Source: a virus (lineage: Duplodnaviria > Caudoviricetes). Taken from it: a stretch of 61,147 bases of DNA. Of the stretch, positions 15,111-23,655 are shown in pieces. The notes under the pieces are model-generated. The model was not told the origin of the DNA and did no database searches. It saw only the letters and a list, made by a program, of their open reading frames with translations. Position numbers and translations under genes: made by a program. The stretch is from IMG/VR virus record IMGVR_UViG_3300042472_000140, positions 1 through 61,147 of that record; one strand, given 5' to 3'. The stretch's first letter is position 1. Each line of letters starts with the position of its first letter.

Positions 15111-15617
15111 ATGGCGCACTATCGCTCAAGATTCGCAGAATCTGACAAGCACCTTGGCTCATGGGACCTATGGGACGATGAGAACAAGAAGTACTTCCAG
15201 GTGGAGGTAACAGTAGACAAGTTCGTGAACGACGTTCTTGTAGGATCAATGGGCACTGAGAAGAAGGTGTTCGTTAAACTTAAGGAGTACAGCAAGCTGA
15301 TGGTCTGTAACGTGACTAACTTCAAACGACTGAGTAAGTTGTATGAGTCTGTCGACGAGAACGACTTCATCGGTAAGACGGTTGTACTAGGAGTAGAGAA
15401 GGTCAAGTCACCAGAGGGCATGGTCGACGCACTAAGGTTCTCAACTAGAAAGCCAGCTCCTACAGTTGTAGAGGGCTTGAAGTTCATCTCTGATGAAGCC
15501 TTTCCAAGGGCACTAGCGTCAGTTGCTTCTGGAGGAACTCCAATAGATAAGATCCTAGCTAAGTACTCTGTGACTGAAGAACAATTTAAACAACTGAACG
15601 ATGCAGTTCAGGGCTAG
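15111..15617 (+). CDS. Hypothetical protein, possible recombination partner of the exonuclease
   Basis: First gene after a TATCTTTG promoter; lies directly before exonuclease and SSB genes. Confidence 0.6.
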   Translation: MAHYRSRFAESDKHLGSWDLWDDENKKYFQVEVTVDKFVNDVLVGSMGTEKKVFVKLKEYSKLMVCNVTNFKRLSKLYESVDENDFIGKTVVLGVEKVKSPEGMVDALRFSTRKPAPTVVEGLKFISDEAFPRALASVASGGTPIDKILAKYSVTEEQFKQLNDAVQG

Positions 15618-16434
15618 TGGGGTTGCCCCTCTGTTCTTAGGGACGGACGGGCTGACGGACGCACAACAGCGCACGTTTGTTAAGCTGAACGAGAGACACA
15701 CGTCATGGCTCAACGAGACAGACGAGAAGGCTAAGAAGAAGCTAGAGCTGACGTCTAACATGCACGACGAACTGACGGTTCTAACAATAGGATTGGATGC
15801 CTACAATCGTGGGGAGATACTACTATCTCAAGGAGCCAAGACCTTTATCGAGGGTATCATAGACAAGGAGCTGTACCACTACAACGACCACGTGTCTACC
15901 AAGGAGATGGACAAGGGATCCGACACGACCGTTGAGGATGCAGCCATCGAGGTGTACAATCGTGTGTTCTTTACCGACCATAAGAAGTTACTTGCTGGAG
16001 ATGAATACGCAGAGCTATCTTACAACAGCTTGGTAGGACACCCTGACATCGTGTGTAAGGACACTAAGATGGTTAAGGATGCTAAGTCCTCGTGGACCAA
16101 GAAGACGTTCCCTAAGCGACCAGAGTATAACGGCACGTACGAGTGGCAGGTCAAGTCTTACCTATACATGCTCATCGGCATGACGGGTGATAACTCATGG
16201 AGAACTGGAGAGGTGTTCCATGCACTAGTTGATACTCCTGAGGGACTTGTTCCTGAGTGGGAGAACGACAGCCTTCACGTGATGTCTGACGTCCCTGACC
16301 ACATGCGTGTGACTGTGACAAAGGTAGAACTGACGGACGCTGACATCAAGCACATTAACATCAGGATAGTTGCTGCAAGAAAGTACGCAGACATTTATAG
16401 AAATGAAATCTTAAATAAAAACAAATATGTTTAA
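15601..16434 (+). CDS. PD-(D/E)XK exonuclease (lambda exo/YqaJ-like)
   Basis: FRAS N-terminus; GHPD, KDAK and YEWQ-x-x-x-Y motifs. Confidence 0.8.
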   Translation: MQFRASGVAPLFLGTDGLTDAQQRTFVKLNERHTSWLNETDEKAKKKLELTSNMHDELTVLTIGLDAYNRGEILLSQGAKTFIEGIIDKELYHYNDHVSTKEMDKGSDTTVEDAAIEVYNRVFFTDHKKLLAGDEYAELSYNSLVGHPDIVCKDTKMVKDAKSSWTKKTFPKRPEYNGTYEWQVKSYLYMLIGMTGDNSWRTGEVFHALVDTPEGLVPEWENDSLHVMSDVPDHMRVTVTKVELTDADIKHINIRIVAARKYADIYRNEILNKNKYV

Positions 16435-16786
16435 ATTACAAGGGACCATCAAGGTCATTAAGGACACACAACAAGTGTCAGACAAGTTCTCTAAGAGAGA
16501 AATGGTAGTAACAACCCCAGACGACAAGTATCCTCAAGATATTTCTCTTGAGCTACAGCAAGACCAGACGGCTATGCTTGATGGCTTCATGGAAGGTCAA
16601 GAGGTAGAGGTGTCGTTCGACATCAGAGGTCGTGAGTGGACTAGTCCAACTGGAGACGTTAAGTACTTCAACACGTTAAAGGCGTTCAGAGTTGAGGCTA
16701 TTGGAGATGCTCCAGCGAAGCCTAAGCCAGTTAAGGTTGTTGCTGAGGTCACTACTGAGGCAGAGGACGACGACTTACCGTTTTAA
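16427..16786 (+). CDS. Single-stranded DNA-binding protein (DUF3127-like)
   Basis: FSKRE...YPQDI...RGREW...YFNTL; acidic DDDLPF tail. Confidence 0.9.
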   Translation: MFKLQGTIKVIKDTQQVSDKFSKREMVVTTPDDKYPQDISLELQQDQTAMLDGFMEGQEVEVSFDIRGREWTSPTGDVKYFNTLKAFRVEAIGDAPAKPKPVKVVAEVTTEAEDDDLPF

Positions 16787-16794
16787 TTAGTAAC

Positions 16795-16962
16795 ATGACA
16801 GCAACTATAATTTTAATTTGCTTACTTTTTGGTAAGTTTGTTATTCATGGGTCAAATCATGGAAAAGAAATGAATACTAAGTATAATGTACTTCATTCTC
16901 TTGCCTATATGTCTTTACAGCTTGTATTATATTATTTTGCAGGCTTGTTTGATAAATTCTAA
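16795..16962 (+). CDS. Small membrane protein (55 aa)
   Basis: Manual translation; two hydrophobic segments; AT-rich. Confidence 0.5.
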   Translation: MTATIILICLLFGKFVIHGSNHGKEMNTKYNVLHSLAYMSLQLVLYYFAGLFDKF

Positions 16963-16980
16963 TTAAATAATCAATCACTT

Positions 16981-17011
16981 AGCCCACCGATTAACCGTCG
17001 GTGGGTTTTTT
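16981..17011 (+). terminator. Intrinsic terminator
   Basis: GCCCACCGA/TCGGTGGGT stem followed by a T run. Confidence 0.8.
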
Positions 17012-17024
17012 AACCATTAAACAT

Positions 17025-19403
17025 ATGATAACATACTTCAAGTCACTATCTGATACGTCTCAACCATTCTATAGGTCAGTTGATTATGCTATCGAACGAA
17101 TTAAGAACGGCAACTCGAAGGACTTGTGCGAGGCGATTAGAAGTCACCCAGACGACAAGCCGAAGAGAAACGAAATTAAAAAGAAACTGCCAGCCATTTG
17201 TTTTAGCGGAGAGTTCTTGAAGAGGGAGAAGAAGTCCATACAGAAGCACAGCGGATTTATCTGCATTGACTTTGATGGATTTGCCGACGAGTGGTCCATG
17301 ACAGACTACAGAGACACGCTGTGTGCCGACGAGTACTCTTACTCGGTGTTCACGTCCCCATCAGGTGACGGAATAAAGGTACTAATAAAGGTCCCGTCTG
17401 ACATAGACAACCACCTCAACTACTTCCTATCACTACAGAAGTACTACAACGTGCCAGAGTTCGACACATCAACCAAGGATATATCACGTGTGTGCTACGA
17501 GTCATACGACCCAGACATATACGTCAACAAGGAGAGTAGCACGTGGGATAAGATACTTGTCGAGGAGCACCAGGTGTTCGAGAAGAAGACATCACGCTCA
17601 ACCATCGTGCTAGACAACGACAACGAGGTAATAAGACGGCTCATCATATGGTGGGAGAAGGAGTTTGGTATGGTTGCTGGAGCAAAGAACAACAACCTAT
17701 TCATCCTAGCGTCAGCTCTTAACGAGTTTGGGATACCTGAGTCAGACGCTCGCTCGGTCATGCTGTCATACGACGAGGGCGAAAAAGAGAAAGAAATACT
17801 CACGATACTTCGGTCAGCATATAAGAACGAGTCATCACATAACACTAAGTTCTACGAGGATACAACAAAGATAGATGCCATCAAGACTCTAGCTAAGAAG
17901 GGTGTTCCTACTAACGAGCTAGTTAAACTTAATAGTCAGGTTCCACACGAGGTTGTCGAGTCTATTGCAAACGAAGAGGACGACGCTCCAGGTGTGTTCT
18001 GGTCGAAGAACTCTAAGGGAGCCATCACACATATCAATCACCTATACAAGGAGTACCTAGAGAGCATGGGATACAACAAGTTTTATATCGAGGGTGGATC
18101 AGCGTTTGTATTTGTTCAGATAAACAACAACATCATATCTGACGCATCAGACGATACCATCAAGGATGTGGTCCTTAAGGCTTTACATAGCCTAGAGGAC
18201 AAGAGCATATACAACTACTTTGCCGACAAGACCAAGCTATTTAAGGAGGACCACTTGTCTTTTCTTAATGCCATAAAGCCTGCCATAATGACTGACACAG
18301 CTGACACGGCTCACCTATACTTCAAGAACTGTGTGGTCAAGGTTACAAAGGACAAGATAGAGACGATAGACTACATGGACATCGACGGATACATATGGGA
18401 GAAGCAGAAGATCAACCGTAACTTCAAGAAGGCGGACTTCTCGGACGCTGTGTTCAAGAAGTTCATAAGCAACATTGGAGGGTCTGACGAGGAGAGGATA
18501 AGGTCAATCGAGTCTACGGCTGGGTATCTTCTACACAGCCACAAGCCTGCGAGTTATAGTCCTGCCGTCATTATTAATGACGAGGTCATCTCAGACAATC
18601 CAGAGGGAGGTACTGGTAAGGGTATATTCGTTAGCTCTATTGGACACCTAAAGAAGTCAGTCATTATTGACGGTAAGGCGTTCAGCTTCACCAAGGCTTT
18701 CCCATACCAGCGTGTATCCGCTGACACTCAGATGCTTGTTTTTGATGACGTCAGTAAGAACTTTGACTTTGAGAAGCTGTTCAGTATTATTACCGAGGGT
18801 ATCACCCTAGAGAAGAAGAATAAGGACGAGATACACATACCATTTGAGCGGTCACCAAAGATTGTCATAACGACCAACTACGCCATCAAGGGTGACGGTA
18901 ACTCGTTCGAGCGTCGTAAGTGGGAGCTAGAGTTCGCACAACACTACCATAAGAACCACACGCCAGAGCATGAGTTTGGGCATCAGCTGTTCACACAGTG
19001 GAATGATTGTGAATGGAACAAGTTCGACAACTACATGATTTCAAACCTACAGCTTTATTTGAACAAGGGACTCATGAAGTCGACGTTCAAGAACCTGAGA
19101 GAGCGTGGCTTCATTGCACGAACGTCTATGGACTTCTATGACTGGGCTAGGGATGGTTTTAACCAACGAACGAAGGCTCTCAGCGAGTGTCCAGCTCAGG
19201 ACCTATATAACGACTTCACAGAGCAGAACACCGACTACGGTCCACGTGGAAAGTTCACCCTTCCTCAGAAGAAGTTCTACCAGTGGATAGACATGTGGGG
19301 AGACTTCATGTACAACACGAAGCCGTACACGTGGAGAGCAGCAAACGGTAAGATGATACGTTTCGATGTCAAGCATGCAGAACAAGTAAAACTAAAGGTA
19401 TGA
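17025..19403 (+). CDS. Primase-helicase (BT4734/VirE-N primase domain, PriCT-like domain, SF3-type helicase)
   Basis: KKKLPAICFSG, HSGFICIDFD, SPSGDG-x-K, DISRVCY; Walker A GGTGKG; FDDV; ITTN; start ATG 17025. Confidence 0.9.
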   Translation: MITYFKSLSDTSQPFYRSVDYAIERIKNGNSKDLCEAIRSHPDDKPKRNEIKKKLPAICFSGEFLKREKKSIQKHSGFICIDFDGFADEWSMTDYRDTLCADEYSYSVFTSPSGDGIKVLIKVPSDIDNHLNYFLSLQKYYNVPEFDTSTKDISRVCYESYDPDIYVNKESSTWDKILVEEHQVFEKKTSRSTIVLDNDNEVIRRLIIWWEKEFGMVAGAKNNNLFILASALNEFGIPESDARSVMLSYDEGEKEKEILTILRSAYKNESSHNTKFYEDTTKIDAIKTLAKKGVPTNELVKLNSQVPHEVVESIANEEDDAPGVFWSKNSKGAITHINHLYKEYLESMGYNKFYIEGGSAFVFVQINNNIISDASDDTIKDVVLKALHSLEDKSIYNYFADKTKLFKEDHLSFLNAIKPAIMTDTADTAHLYFKNCVVKVTKDKIETIDYMDIDGYIWEKQKINRNFKKADFSDAVFKKFISNIGGSDEERIRSIESTAGYLLHSHKPASYSPAVIINDEVISDNPEGGTGKGIFVSSIGHLKKSVIIDGKAFSFTKAFPYQRVSADTQMLVFDDVSKNFDFEKLFSIITEGITLEKKNKDEIHIPFERSPKIVITTNYAIKGDGNSFERRKWELEFAQHYHKNHTPEHEFGHQLFTQWNDCEWNKFDNYMISNLQLYLNKGLMKSTFKNLRERGFIARTSMDFYDWARDGFNQRTKALSECPAQDLYNDFTEQNTDYGPRGKFTLPQKKFYQWIDMWGDFMYNTKPYTWRAANGKMIRFDVKHAEQVKLKV

Positions 19404-20638
19404 AGACTCTTAGACCATACCAAAAGACCATAGCTGATAACGGTGCAGTCATACTTGATAAGTTCGGTATGCTGTACCTAAGCATGGAGGTAAGAACTGG
19501 AAAATCGGCAACGGCAATGGAAGTAGCATCCATCCTTGACTTTAAGGAGGTGCTGTTCTTGACTAAGAAGAAGGCTATAGATGGAATACTTGAGGACTAC
19601 AACGACTTCGGTTATGAGTTCAACATAACGGTGATCAACGATGAATCGATGCACAAGATACTCAACCCGTCAAGGTTTGATTTAGTCATACATGACGAAC
19701 ATCACCGCTATGGTGCCCTAAATAAGCCTGGTACGTCTATTAAGTTATTCAAGAAGTTATTCTCTGACAAGCCGATGATATTCTTATCAGGGACCATGTG
19801 TCCAGAGTCATACAGTCAGCTGTTCCATCAGTTCTGGGTGTCATACCGTTCGCCATGGAGTAGATACCCTAACTTCTACAAGTGGGCACACGACTACGTA
19901 AACATCACACAGAAGCGCATAGGGTCGTTCGTTCATAACGACTACTCAGCAGGGATAGAGACAAAGATCATGGGAGACATCGCTCACCTCATGCTGACGT
20001 ACACACAGTCTCAGGCTGGGTTCGAGACAGAGATCAAGGAGACCGTCCTATATGTCGACATGAAGCCCTTGACAGTTGCTATAGTAGACAAGCTATGTAA
20101 GGACCTGGTGGTCGAAGGGAAGGAGGAGGTCATACTAGCCGACACAGCAGCCAAGCTAATGCAGAAGATGCACCAGCTATGGAGTGGTACGTGTAAGTTC
20201 GAGAGTGGAAACAGCATGACACTTGATACATCTAAGGCTGAGTTCATTAAGGACCACTTCGCTGGTAGTAAGCTAGCGATAATGTATATATTCAAGGAAG
20301 AACTTAACCTGATAAGTCAAGTATTTGGCGCAGAAAACTTGACAAACGACCTAGACGAGTTCAATTCGACAGACAAGCACTTCGTCGGTCAGGTCGTCAG
20401 TTCAAGGGAGGGAATATCGTTAAAGGCTGCCGACTACCTTGTAATGTATAACATACAGCACAGTGCTGTGTCTTACTTCCAGGCGAAGGACCGATTAACT
20501 ACTATGGATAGACTGAGTAACGAGGTCTTCTGGATCTTCTCTCGTGGAGGGATTGAGGAGAAGATATACAAGGTCGTCAAAGCAAAGAAGAAGTACACAA
20601 CTAATATTTTTAAGAAGGACTATGGAATTAAAACTTAG
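19400..20638 (+). CDS. SF2 (SNF2-like) helicase
   Basis: LRPYQ, RTGKS, DEHH, LSGT, EGISL and QAKDR motifs. Confidence 0.88.
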   Translation: MKTLRPYQKTIADNGAVILDKFGMLYLSMEVRTGKSATAMEVASILDFKEVLFLTKKKAIDGILEDYNDFGYEFNITVINDESMHKILNPSRFDLVIHDEHHRYGALNKPGTSIKLFKKLFSDKPMIFLSGTMCPESYSQLFHQFWVSYRSPWSRYPNFYKWAHDYVNITQKRIGSFVHNDYSAGIETKIMGDIAHLMLTYTQSQAGFETEIKETVLYVDMKPLTVAIVDKLCKDLVVEGKEEVILADTAAKLMQKMHQLWSGTCKFESGNSMTLDTSKAEFIKDHFAGSKLAIMYIFKEELNLISQVFGAENLTNDLDEFNSTDKHFVGQVVSSREGISLKAADYLVMYNIQHSAVSYFQAKDRLTTMDRLSNEVFWIFSRGGIEEKIYKVVKAKKKYTTNIFKKDYGIKT

Positions 20639-20825
20639 CAGAACAGTAAGGAAGTGGCTCAGTAGTATGTCATTCAAGGTGATGAACCAGACGGACGAGT
20701 ACATGTTCATGCCATACTGGTTCAAGAAGGAGCCGAACGGCAAGTATCACTTGGTAAAGTTTGACGAGCTGTCGGACGAGATTAAACAAATAATTAAAGA
20801 ACGGTATGAAGAAAATACTAACTGA
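20622..20825 (+). CDS. Hypothetical protein
   Basis: ATG 20622 within track ORF 20544..20825. Confidence 0.6.
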   Translation: MELKLSRTVRKWLSSMSFKVMNQTDEYMFMPYWFKKEPNGKYHLVKFDELSDEIKQIIKERYEENTN

Positions 20826-21033
20826 CCCGAACGTTCAAGAACTTATCAAGGCGTTTGACCTTGAGATACCTAAGATGCACAACATATTAGTGGATGATTT
20901 TGAGCTACTTGACGGAAAAATTTTAATTAATTCAGCAAAAGTCTTGGATGCTAACTTAAATTTTGTTAGATTAGCCGACCTATCTAAGTTGATAAGTAAC
21001 CTAGATAAGTGTAACGTGATATTTAAATGTTAG
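20806..21033 (+). CDS. Hypothetical protein
   Basis: Coupled ORF. Confidence 0.65.
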   Translation: MKKILTDPNVQELIKAFDLEIPKMHNILVDDFELLDGKILINSAKVLDANLNFVRLADLSKLISNLDKCNVIFKC

Positions 21034-21284
21034 AATCAGTAATACAAGCGAAGTTAATTAAGAAGCTAGAGGCTGAGGGCTACTACGTCATCAAGCTGTC
21101 GGTAACTAATAAGCCTGGGATTCCAGATCTGTTAGCTTTACCGCCAGGCTGCATGGCAGAGTTCTATGAGGTCAAGCAGCTAGGTAAGAAGCCTAGACCA
21201 CTACAAGTGTTCAGGATGAACGAGATAAAGAAGGGCAACTACGGTAAAACATACACACATGACGGTACTACAAAAGAATTCTGA
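21027..21284 (+). CDS. VRR-NUC nuclease (Holliday junction resolvase-like)
   Basis: E-x-x-IQ, GIPDL, EVK and RPLQ motifs. Confidence 0.88.
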   Translation: MLESVIQAKLIKKLEAEGYYVIKLSVTNKPGIPDLLALPPGCMAEFYEVKQLGKKPRPLQVFRMNEIKKGNYGKTYTHDGTTKEF

Positions 21285-21534
21285 TAAGCTAGCATACCAG
21301 CAGATTAAGTCTGGAATAAAGCTGTCTGAAATATACAAGAACTCTAAGATGGGATACCCTAGATTAAAGAAGATATTTAAGGAGTACGCCAAGAGAGAGA
21401 ACTCTCAGGACGGCATATGCTTCGGACACAAGAGTGAGCCATATTATGATTGTGAAGATTATACCATAGCTGAGTACAGCTATGATGACTTAAGTTTAAC
21501 AGAAAAAGAATTTTATGAAGGTAGAAGTAATTAA
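21259..21534 (+). CDS. Hypothetical protein
   Basis: Coupled ORF. Confidence 0.6.
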   Translation: MTVLQKNSDKLAYQQIKSGIKLSEIYKNSKMGYPRLKKIFKEYAKRENSQDGICFGHKSEPYYDCEDYTIAEYSYDDLSLTEKEFYEGRSN

Positions 21535-21919
21535 AAGTTCTGGTGGCTATTGGTATAGCACACGAACTGGGGAACAGTTTGATGTAACAGAAAAGAATGA
21601 CCACATGTTCTTTGTGACTGTTGGTGACGACGTTAGACACATACACGAGTTCCACTGCAAGGTGGTTGAAGAAGACGCTCACTACGACAACTCTAACGGA
21701 AGTTTATATCTAATAGGTCATAAGTTAGGATTAAATTCTTGGGAACAAGATTTAATTAAACGGATTGTAAGATGCCGTAAGAAGGGTCAGTTTATAGAAG
21801 ACCTAGAGAAAACAAAACGTGTAATAGATTTATACATAGCAGAATATGACCAGAGCAGTATACATAGCAGATGTTACGGTGGTAGCGTCAAAGAAGAGGA
21901 TAAAAAGAAAAATCGTTAG
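21515..21919 (+). CDS. Hypothetical protein, C-terminal part DUF3310-like
   Basis: HY...IKRIVR...KKG...EDLEK motif. Confidence 0.6.
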   Translation: MKVEVIKSSGGYWYSTRTGEQFDVTEKNDHMFFVTVGDDVRHIHEFHCKVVEEDAHYDNSNGSLYLIGHKLGLNSWEQDLIKRIVRCRKKGQFIEDLEKTKRVIDLYIAEYDQSSIHSRCYGGSVKEEDKKKNR

Positions 21920-22091
21920 TAAACAGTACCCGATGACACTGAACGAGGATGGAACCATACCAGCTGACACACTAAACCGTCAGCTGTTTAAACTCGTCAA
22001 GTCTGTCATAGATATTCATCACTTTAAGGAATATTCTTACACATTTAACATAGACTCATACAAATTTAGTTCAAAAATATACGGAACTTAA
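21846..22091 (+). CDS. Hypothetical protein
   Basis: ORF track. Confidence 0.55.
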   Translation: MTRAVYIADVTVVASKKRIKRKIVSKQYPMTLNEDGTIPADTLNRQLFKLVKSVIDIHHFKEYSYTFNIDSYKFSSKIYGT

Positions 22092-22139
22092 TTGATAATC
22101 TAAATAATAAACAATATATTTGTCCATAAACTTAAAGTT

Positions 22140-22319
22140 ATGGAACTAAACACTGCATACATTAACTCAACAATGAACGAAGTTCACGACCTATGCAACG
22201 ACCTATACGAGGCGATGATGGATAGTGAGTCTGTTGATCATATTATAAAAACTCTTAAACGAGCGTTGAGTGACATACAAAAATCTTATGATGGAGAAAG
22301 CCAAAATCAGAGCCATTGA
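22140..22319 (+). CDS. Small hypothetical protein (59 aa)
   Basis: Manual translation MELNTAYINSTMNEVHDL...; TATATTTG promoter upstream. Confidence 0.6.
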   Translation: MELNTAYINSTMNEVHDLCNDLYEAMMDSESVDHIIKTLKRALSDIQKSYDGESQNQSH

Positions 22320-23436
22320 GTTATACAACTCTGGCGTTACTAATAAAACAGAGATTGCCAGAGAGGTAGCCAAGGAGCTAGGAATGGAGTACAGTGACTC
22401 GTTTAGAAAGACAATACATAACTGTGTAATAAGTAAGGGTAAGTCTAGCGGATGGGAGGACGGAAAGTCAACATCACTTATAGACGAGTGTGAGAAGGTT
22501 GGACTAGATCCTTCTAAGGTCAGTGACTTCTGGTACAAGGGAGAGCACTACTCAATAAGATCTAAGAGTAACATCAAGGAGTTCGTTTACGATGACTTTA
22601 AGGCAGACTTTATAGAAGAGATATCTAAGTGGTCACCTAAGTACCCAAAGATCGTTAGAAAGGACGTAAACTACCCACACTGCATGATATTTGATCCAGC
22701 TGATATACACATAGGTAAGCTATGTAGCTCATTTGAAACTGGAGAGGACTACAACCAACAGATAGCTGTTAAGAGAGTCATGGAAGGAATGCATGGTATC
22801 ATTGACAAGGCAAAAGGATTTAACATCGACAAGATAATATTCATTGCTGGAAATGACATCCTACACACAGACAACCCTAGAAGACAGACTACGTCAGGTA
22901 CTCCACAAGATACTGACGGAATGTGGTACGATAACTTTGTAACTGCAAAGAGATTACTAGTTGACATAATCGAGACGCTTGTTCAGATAGCTGACGTAGA
23001 GGTGGTATATAATCCATCTAACCACGACTACATGTCTGGTTTTATGTTACTTGACTCTGTAACAAGTTGGTTTAGAAATCATAAGAACATAACGTTTAAG
23101 AACGACATGTCTCATAGAAAGTACAGCATCTACGGTCAGTGCTTAATAGGTACTACACACATGGATGGTGCTAAGGTTGCGGACCTTCCGTTACTTATGG
23201 CGCACGAGGCGTCTGCCTGGTGGGCTGAATGTAAGCACAGATACATATTTGGACATCATATACATCACAAGACGTCTAAGGACTTCATGTCTGTGTGTGT
23301 TGAGACCTTGAGGTCCCCTAGTGGTACTGATAGCTGGCACCATCGTCAAGGTTACTCCCATGCACCTAAGGCTGTTGAGGCATTTATATTAAGTCCAGTT
23401 CATGGGCAGGTAGCCCGTCTTACACATTTATTCTAA
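22288..23436 (+). CDS. Calcineurin-like metallophosphoesterase with N-terminal HTH-like region
   Basis: DIHIG, GND-x-x-H, SNHD, THMD and GHHIHH motifs. Confidence 0.85.
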   Translation: MMEKAKIRAIELYNSGVTNKTEIAREVAKELGMEYSDSFRKTIHNCVISKGKSSGWEDGKSTSLIDECEKVGLDPSKVSDFWYKGEHYSIRSKSNIKEFVYDDFKADFIEEISKWSPKYPKIVRKDVNYPHCMIFDPADIHIGKLCSSFETGEDYNQQIAVKRVMEGMHGIIDKAKGFNIDKIIFIAGNDILHTDNPRRQTTSGTPQDTDGMWYDNFVTAKRLLVDIIETLVQIADVEVVYNPSNHDYMSGFMLLDSVTSWFRNHKNITFKNDMSHRKYSIYGQCLIGTTHMDGAKVADLPLLMAHEASAWWAECKHRYIFGHHIHHKTSKDFMSVCVETLRSPSGTDSWHHRQGYSHAPKAVEAFILSPVHGQVARLTHLF

Positions 23437-23603
23437 TGGAACACATAGACGTTAATACGATGATAGCTGTAGTTGAAGAGTACATCCTAAAGGTAAAGGG
23501 TGTGCACGTTAAGATAGAGCTACGATACCATCCGTTTGTCATACAACGAGATGTTGACATGCTACACTGGTGCTATAACGTTGCGCTAGACTACGACAAG
23601 TAA
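23436..23603 (+). CDS. Small hypothetical protein (55 aa)
   Basis: Manual translation MEHIDVNTMIAVVEEYI...; TAATG coupling. Confidence 0.6.
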   Translation: MEHIDVNTMIAVVEEYILKVKGVHVKIELRYHPFVIQRDVDMLHWCYNVALDYDK

Positions 23604-23614
23604 TTAGAATGATA

Positions 23615-23655
23615 AATGTCCAGTTAATTTCAAACTTAACTGGACATTCTTTTTT
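23615..23655. terminator. Terminator at the convergence of the two genome arms
   Basis: Perfect 13-bp stem AATGTCCAGTTAA/TTAACTGGACATT followed by a T run. Confidence 0.8.

Noticed and set aside
22176-22190. 15-nt match AACGAAGTTCACGAC with 9601-9615
   Set aside because: About one such match is expected by chance in 61 kb; one copy is coding.
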